From NCBI RefSeq assembly GCF_963678635.1, contig NC_087064.1, positions 32,617,028-32,681,027 of the forward strand: DNA of 64,000 nt, in the 5' to 3' direction. Position numbers and translations under genes: made by a program. Origin of the DNA: Symsagittifera roscoffensis (Eukaryota). This document shows positions 59,191 through 64,000 of this stretch, one piece after another (the stretch's first letter is position 1; each line of letters opens with the position of its first letter). Below the pieces are notes generated by a model. It was not told where the DNA came from. It saw only the letters and a list, made by a program, of their open reading frames with translations, and made no database searches.

Positions 59191-59470
59191 CTCGCAAATA
59201 AAAGTGTTCTTCAAAAGTATTCACTTATTTGGTGGCACTTTTGCTATAATCGCAATTTCATAGGATCTGTTCTCTGCTTTATTTGTGACTAGTGTTTGTG
59301 ATTTATTGAGAGTCCGTGGCTGAGTGGTTAGTGCGTGAGACTCAAAATCTCTAGGTTGCAGACCGAATCCGAGACGTAGTCGATTTTTTCTTATTGCACT
59401 TTATAAAGCTGCCTGTATCGTGTTCTCGGTAGTGTTTGCGAAGTGCAGCCTTGTCTCTATTTTAAATCGA
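59191..59470 (+). mobile_element. SINE-like copy (tRNA-like head 59311-59380; GCGAAG tail 59440-59465)
   Basis: Homologous to 34991-35250. Head GTCCGTGGCTGAGTGGTTAGTGCGTGAGACTCAAAATCTCTAGGTTGCAGACCGAATCCGAGACG. Tail GTGTTTGCGAAGTGCAGCCTTGTCTC. Confidence 0.55.
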
Positions 59471-59740
59471 TGAATTCTCCCATTTCCCCGTCCTTTTCAA
59501 AAATGTGTTTGTCTAGCCTTACCTCAAGAAACCAAATGCAGGCTCTGAACAACTTGTCATATTGGCCACTTTCCATTTTTTTTTTCAGCAGAAATTTTGA
59601 GAAAAATTTTGATAAATGAGTATCTTACTATGAATAATCTGCTATATACTCATCAATCAGCTTATAGAAGGGCTTATTCGAACGAGACCGCCTTTTGAAC
59701 ACTTCCATCCAGTGATTTGATGACAAAATTAGAACAATGA

Positions 59741-60692
59741 AAAACATTAGTGTTGTTGTAAGCTCGTATGCTGCAAATAAGGGCTTCTGACACGGTTTGT
59801 TTGCTTGATTGTCCGTGTTCTTGATTTGTTTGACGGTGCTTGGGTGGTTGTCAATCGCTTGTTTTCATTACTTTGGTTCAGATGAAACAAAAATTGATTT
59901 GTTGGTTTCGACTCGTCCTGTGGCAAATATGCTTTGTGACTCTCTTGGGGTTGCCCTGGGTAGGCGGAGAGTCCCAATTCCAGTAAAAAAAATACCGTCA
60001 ATTATACCAGTGTCTTCACTAGTTGCTAGTGGCATCAATTGTTTGTCCAATTGGTTAAAATTTGGTGTGTTATGAACTCGACGTGAAGGCCTTTTTTCCT
60101 CTGGCTGGTACCCAGAAGTGACCTAGTCGTCATGTGAGCGATGCTGTTAGCTGAGGTTTAAGAACGCAGCAGCTTTGATGAGGTCTTCCCATAAACTTTC
60201 AATTGTGAGGTCTCTCGGGTTTTGTTGACAGTTGAACAGATGTTTGGTATCGTGATGCACAATTTTGCACAGTGGGTATTCATTTGTCCTTTGAGGATCT
60301 ATTTTACTCATGTAGGAGTTTAGACGTTTACTATGCCCAAAAGTACTTGTGATAGAATGACTCTTGTGCCTCAAGATAGTTTGAGATCATCCTCTTGATT
60401 TTTGTTGGAAGGGAACCAGTGACTTTGTTGACACATCATTCCGATGATTATATCTGTGCTTTTTGCTATTCAACCATGATGATTTCGTTGTTTTCGTCTA
60501 AAAACAAGTCAGTTTAATTGCCGAAGCGATTTATCCAGTGTTGGGTGGATGAGCCTGGACTCGCTCGTAAGTGTGGTGATCAGGTCTATGTGGACGGTGA
60601 CTGCCAACAAGAAACTGCTTTGATAACATCTCATTGTGAGGCTTTACTTCAAGCATTTCTGTTTCGTCATGCAGACTATTGGAGACTATTCC
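59741..60692 (+). repeat. Unit R1 of a ~0.95-kb repeat present three times (R2 61212-62180, R3 63451 to window end). Contains a LINE-ORF2-C-terminus-like fragment on the minus strand.
   Basis: R1 and R2 align throughout (AAAACATTAGTGTTGTTGTAAGCTCGTATGCTGCAAAT...GACTATTGGAGACTATTC). R3 lacks the first ~85 bp and is joined directly to segment X'. Confidence 0.7.
60147..60374 (-). pseudogene. Fragment resembling the reverse-transcriptase-associated zinc-binding C-terminal region (zf-RVT-like) of a LINE ORF2
   Basis: ...KRLNSYMSKIDPQRTNEYPLCKIVHHDTKHLFNCQQNPRDLTIESLWEDL has the C-x2-C...E-T-x-x-H-L-F-x-x-C...W pattern. Repeated in R3 at 63767-63994 and disrupted in R2. Confidence 0.35.
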
Positions 60693-61211
60693 AGTTTGTG
60701 TTACTAATGGCTGGCGTCCAAATTGGTGCTCTGTGGTTTAGTACACTGCGCTCGATGATCGTGTAAGTAACAGTCGGTGTTTCTTTTGAGCAAACCCAAT
60801 TGGAACCAGATAGCGTTTTAATGATGTTATTGCGTTTTTGAAGTTTCCCTCATGTGTTAGTGATGTGTTGAAAGAAATTGAGCATGCTTTCAAATGTGAC
60901 CCCTAATGTTTTCGGCTTGGACTTCAGGGGGTTAGTTTGACCACTTATTGATAGCTGTGGGTCAAAACTCACCTCGTCGCTCCAATTCGAAAAGATTGCT
61001 CACGATGATTTGTCTGCGGAAAGTGTAAATACTCTTGAGTCAAGCCATTCTTCGAATTCTGTTAGATACGGAGAGGTTTGTGGGTTCAGTTGTTTGACGT
61101 CGCTGTTGGATGTTTGTATAGTCATATCGTCAGCATAGGTTATAATGTTTGTATTAGTGGGGGCTTTGGTAGAGTGCTAATGTAGATTTTAAGTAGCATG
61201 GGCGCATGGGA

Positions 61212-62180
61212 AAAACATTAGTGTTGTTGTTTTAAGCTCGTATCCTGCAAATTAAGACTTCAGGCTTCTGACACGGTTTGTTTGCTTGATTGCCCGTGTT
61301 CTTGATTTTTTTTGACGGTGCTTGGGTGGTTGTCAATCGTTTGTTTTCATTACTTTGGTTCAGATGAAACAGAAATTGATTTGTTGGTTTCGACTCGTCT
61401 TGTGGCAAATAAACACTGACTCTCCCTGGGTGCCCCTGGGTAGGTGGAGAGTCTACCAATTCCAGTGCAAGGCCCGTCAATTGTACCAGTGTGTTCACTA
61501 GTTGCTAGTCGCATCACTTGTTTGTTCAACTTAAAGTTTCAAGTTAATGTTTGGTGTGTTATGGACTCGACGTGAAGGCCTTTTTTTCTCTGGCTGGTAC
61601 CCAGAAGTGACCTAGTCGTCATGTAAGTGATGCTGTTAGCTGAGGTTTAAGAACGCAGCAGCTTTGGTGAGGTCTTCCCATAAACATCAAATTGTGAAGT
61701 CTCTCGGATTTTTTTGACAGTTGAACAGATGTTTGGTATCATGTTGCACAATTTTGCATAGTGGGCATTCACTTGTCCTTTGAGGATCTATTCTACTCAA
61801 ATAGGTGCTTAGGCGTTTACTATGCCCAAAAGTATTTGTGATAGAATGACTCTTGTGCCTCAAGATAGTTTGAGTTCATCCTCTTGATTATTGTTGGGAG
61901 GGAGCCAGTGACTTTGTTGACACATCATTCCGATGATTATATCTGTGCTTTTTGCTATTCAACCATGTTGAATCCGTTGTTTTCATCTAAAAACAAGTCA
62001 ATTTCATTGCCGAAGCGATTTATCCAGTGTTGGGTGGATGAGCCTGGACTCGCTCGTAAGTGTGGTGATCAGGTCTATGTGGACGGTGACTGCCAACAAG
62101 AAACTGCTTTGATAACATCTCATTGTGAGGCTTTACTGCAAGCATTTCTGTTTCGTCATGCTGACTATTGGAGACTATTC
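61212..62180 (+). repeat. Unit R2
   Basis: See R1. The plus-strand ORF 61884-62183 is equivalent to 60518-60766 in R1. Confidence 0.7.
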
Positions 62181-62837
62181 TAGTAGTTGCTATGCAAATA
62201 AGTAGTTGATACTCAAACAGAAGCATAAATAACTGTCAACAATTGTTATTAGTTGCTACAGAAATAAATATTTGCTACTTCAACAGTAACATAAAAATAT
62301 TTGCAACTCAAAACATTTGTTTCCTGTGAACTGAACTTCCGCAAGGATCTCTGTTAGGGTCACTGAAATTTTTTTAAATCTCCATGACTTTGTTGCTTGC
62401 AGTTGTCTTGAAAACAAGATCTGCGTACGTTAGCATCGCAGGCGATTCTTTTATTAAACATTTCTGTTGATAAATCTGAAAGTATGGCAGTTGTTCCGAA
62501 AGGCCCAGATCGAATTGTAAATTGGTTCAAAAATGCAGGTTTTGTTTTAAAATTGGAGAAGAATTGGACACATTCCATGCTTGTAAATAGCCGATAAAAA
62601 GCCTAAAAGGCTTACCTAACTTCACCTTACAAGGCATAATAGTTTTTTTTGTGATACTAGGAGTTACTCATGCTGATAATGTGGTAATGACCGACGAAAT
62701 AAAACGTTGCTACCATCTTTTGCTGAAAATTTATTTCATTTGATTTTACTTCAGCTCTGATAGTGAGACATGCTAGTCACATTTCTACTTCTTTCATGAC
62801 TGGATTAATGCTATTGTTTTTACACTCTCGTCAAAAA

Positions 62838-63400
62838 ATCTAAATTTTAGTTTTTGGTCAGAATTAACTTGAAATTTCACTGGTATTCGATTGCTCCGGT
62901 GACAACAAATAATGGATTTCCATGGAAGTGAATTATGATTGCACGTTTTTTTTATATAGCTGTTTTCATAAACGGTTGAATATCGTTTGTTTTGTTGATT
63001 GACAATTATTTATTTAACAATAATTTATATAGACAATTAGTTAATGGAGCTTAAGTGCTGGCGTTACTTACAAATACTTGTGTTTTATCCCCGCCTATCA
63101 TCCATGTTGTATTTTAATTGAAATTTAATTGTTGATAAAGATAGCAAATGTTTCTCCACTACAGAATTTATTTTCTTCATAAGTCATGATTAATATTTGA
63201 TTAAAAGTCAGTCTCTTTTGATCCTGTTGTTCTTGAAAAAGTGAAAGAATTATGACTGAGGGTGACTCTTGTTTTCTGCGATTTTTTGTACCTCGTTGAA
63301 ATCTTGTCGGGAATCCAGTGTGGCACAATACTAAAACCCTTTAAATCATTATCTGAAATACAAAAAGGAAATTAAAAAACTATCTGATTTCTCTACTTTT
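62838..63400 (+). repeat. Segment X': duplicate of 58134-58700
   Basis: See segment X. No upstream copy of IFI27-like exon 2 precedes it. Confidence 0.7.
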
Positions 63401-63450
63401 CACATATAATTGTTCGTAAAATTGCATAAATTGATCATTTTTTTGTACTG

Positions 63451-64000
63451 TTTGACGGTGCTTGGTTGGTTGTCAATCGTTTGTTTTCATTACTCTGGTT
63501 CGGATGAAACAGAAATTGATTTGTTGGTTTCGACTCGTCCTGTGGCAAATATGCTTTGTGACTCTCCTGGGGTTGCCCTGGGTAGGTGGAGAGTCCCAAT
63601 TCCAGTAAAAAAAATACCGTCAATTATACCAGTGTCTTCACTAGTTGCTAGTGACATCAATTGTTTGTCCAATTGGTTAAAGTTTGGTGTTATGTACTCG
63701 ATGTGAAGGCCTTTATTCCTCTGGCTGGTACCCTGAGGTGACCTAGTCGTCATATGAACGATGCTGTTAGCTGAGGCTTAAGAACGCAGCAGCTTTGATG
63801 AGGTCTTCCCATAAACTTTCAATTGTGAGGTCTCTCGGGTTTTGTTTACAGTTGAACAGATGTTTGGTATCGTGATGCACAATTTTGCATAGTGGGTATT
63901 CATTTGTCCTTTGAGGATCTATTTTACTCATGTAGGAGTTTAGACGTTTACTATGCCCAAAAGTACTTGTGATAGAATGACTCTTGTGCCTCAAGATAGT
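63451..64000 (+). repeat. Unit R3 (truncated by the window end)
   Basis: TTTGACGGTGCTTGGTTGGTTGTCAATCGTTTG... aligns to R1 from ~59828 onward. The zf-RVT-like ORF lies at 63767-63994 (minus). Confidence 0.65.

Noticed and set aside
1-64000. Prokaryotic-style features such as operons, CRISPR arrays or defence islands
   Set aside because: Spliceosomal introns with GT-AG boundaries, LTR and LINE retrotransposons, SINEs, satellites, AATAAA signals and ~70% AT content all indicate a eukaryotic (metazoan) chromosome. No direct-repeat/spacer architecture resembling a CRISPR array is present. The regular arrays seen here have no unique spacers.

Overview
This 64-kb window is AT-rich, repeat-dense eukaryotic DNA; the transposon repertoire suggests a metazoan, possibly cnidarian-like, genome. 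It is not a prokaryotic locus: there are no operons, no CRISPR array and no tRNA or rRNA genes I can support. Most of the sequence is mobile-element derived. I place two host protein-coding genes here. (1) A multi-exon plus-strand gene at ~33.9-40.3 kb encodes thrombospondin type-1 repeats and an Ig-like domain, with a 57-bp satellite inside a 4.3-kb intron. (2) A two-exon gene for an IFI6/IFI27 (ISG12)-like small membrane protein has exon 1 at 50456-50635 and exon 2 at 57852-58124. Its ~7.2-kb intron is packed with foldback and MITE insertions. The mobile elements are as follows. A near-intact BEL/Pao LTR retrotransposon sits on the minus strand at 7628-17474. It has 297/298-bp LTRs, a 5-bp target-site duplication ACAGG, gag-protease and pol ORFs in a -1 overlap, and an unusual 2.9-kb leader carrying a 48-bp tandem array and an extra 199-aa ORF. 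A frameshifted LINE at 19122-22712 has an L1-like ORF1, APE endonuclease, RT and a (CAA)n tail. A decayed Ty1/copia element on the minus strand spans ~29.6-33.6 kb. A SINE-like family with a tRNA-Lys-like head and a conserved GCGAAG hairpin tail is present in 10 or more copies. Two copies of a near-perfect ~730-bp foldback element occur, one nested in another palindromic MITE. A composite TIR element with subterminal repeats lies at 53382-54642. Several satellites are present, with 48-bp, 57-bp and ~170-bp units. A segmental duplication of the 3' flank of the IFI27-like gene is followed by a tandemly repeated LINE-3'-like unit. All calls rest on reading the sequence and remembered family motifs; no database search was possible.
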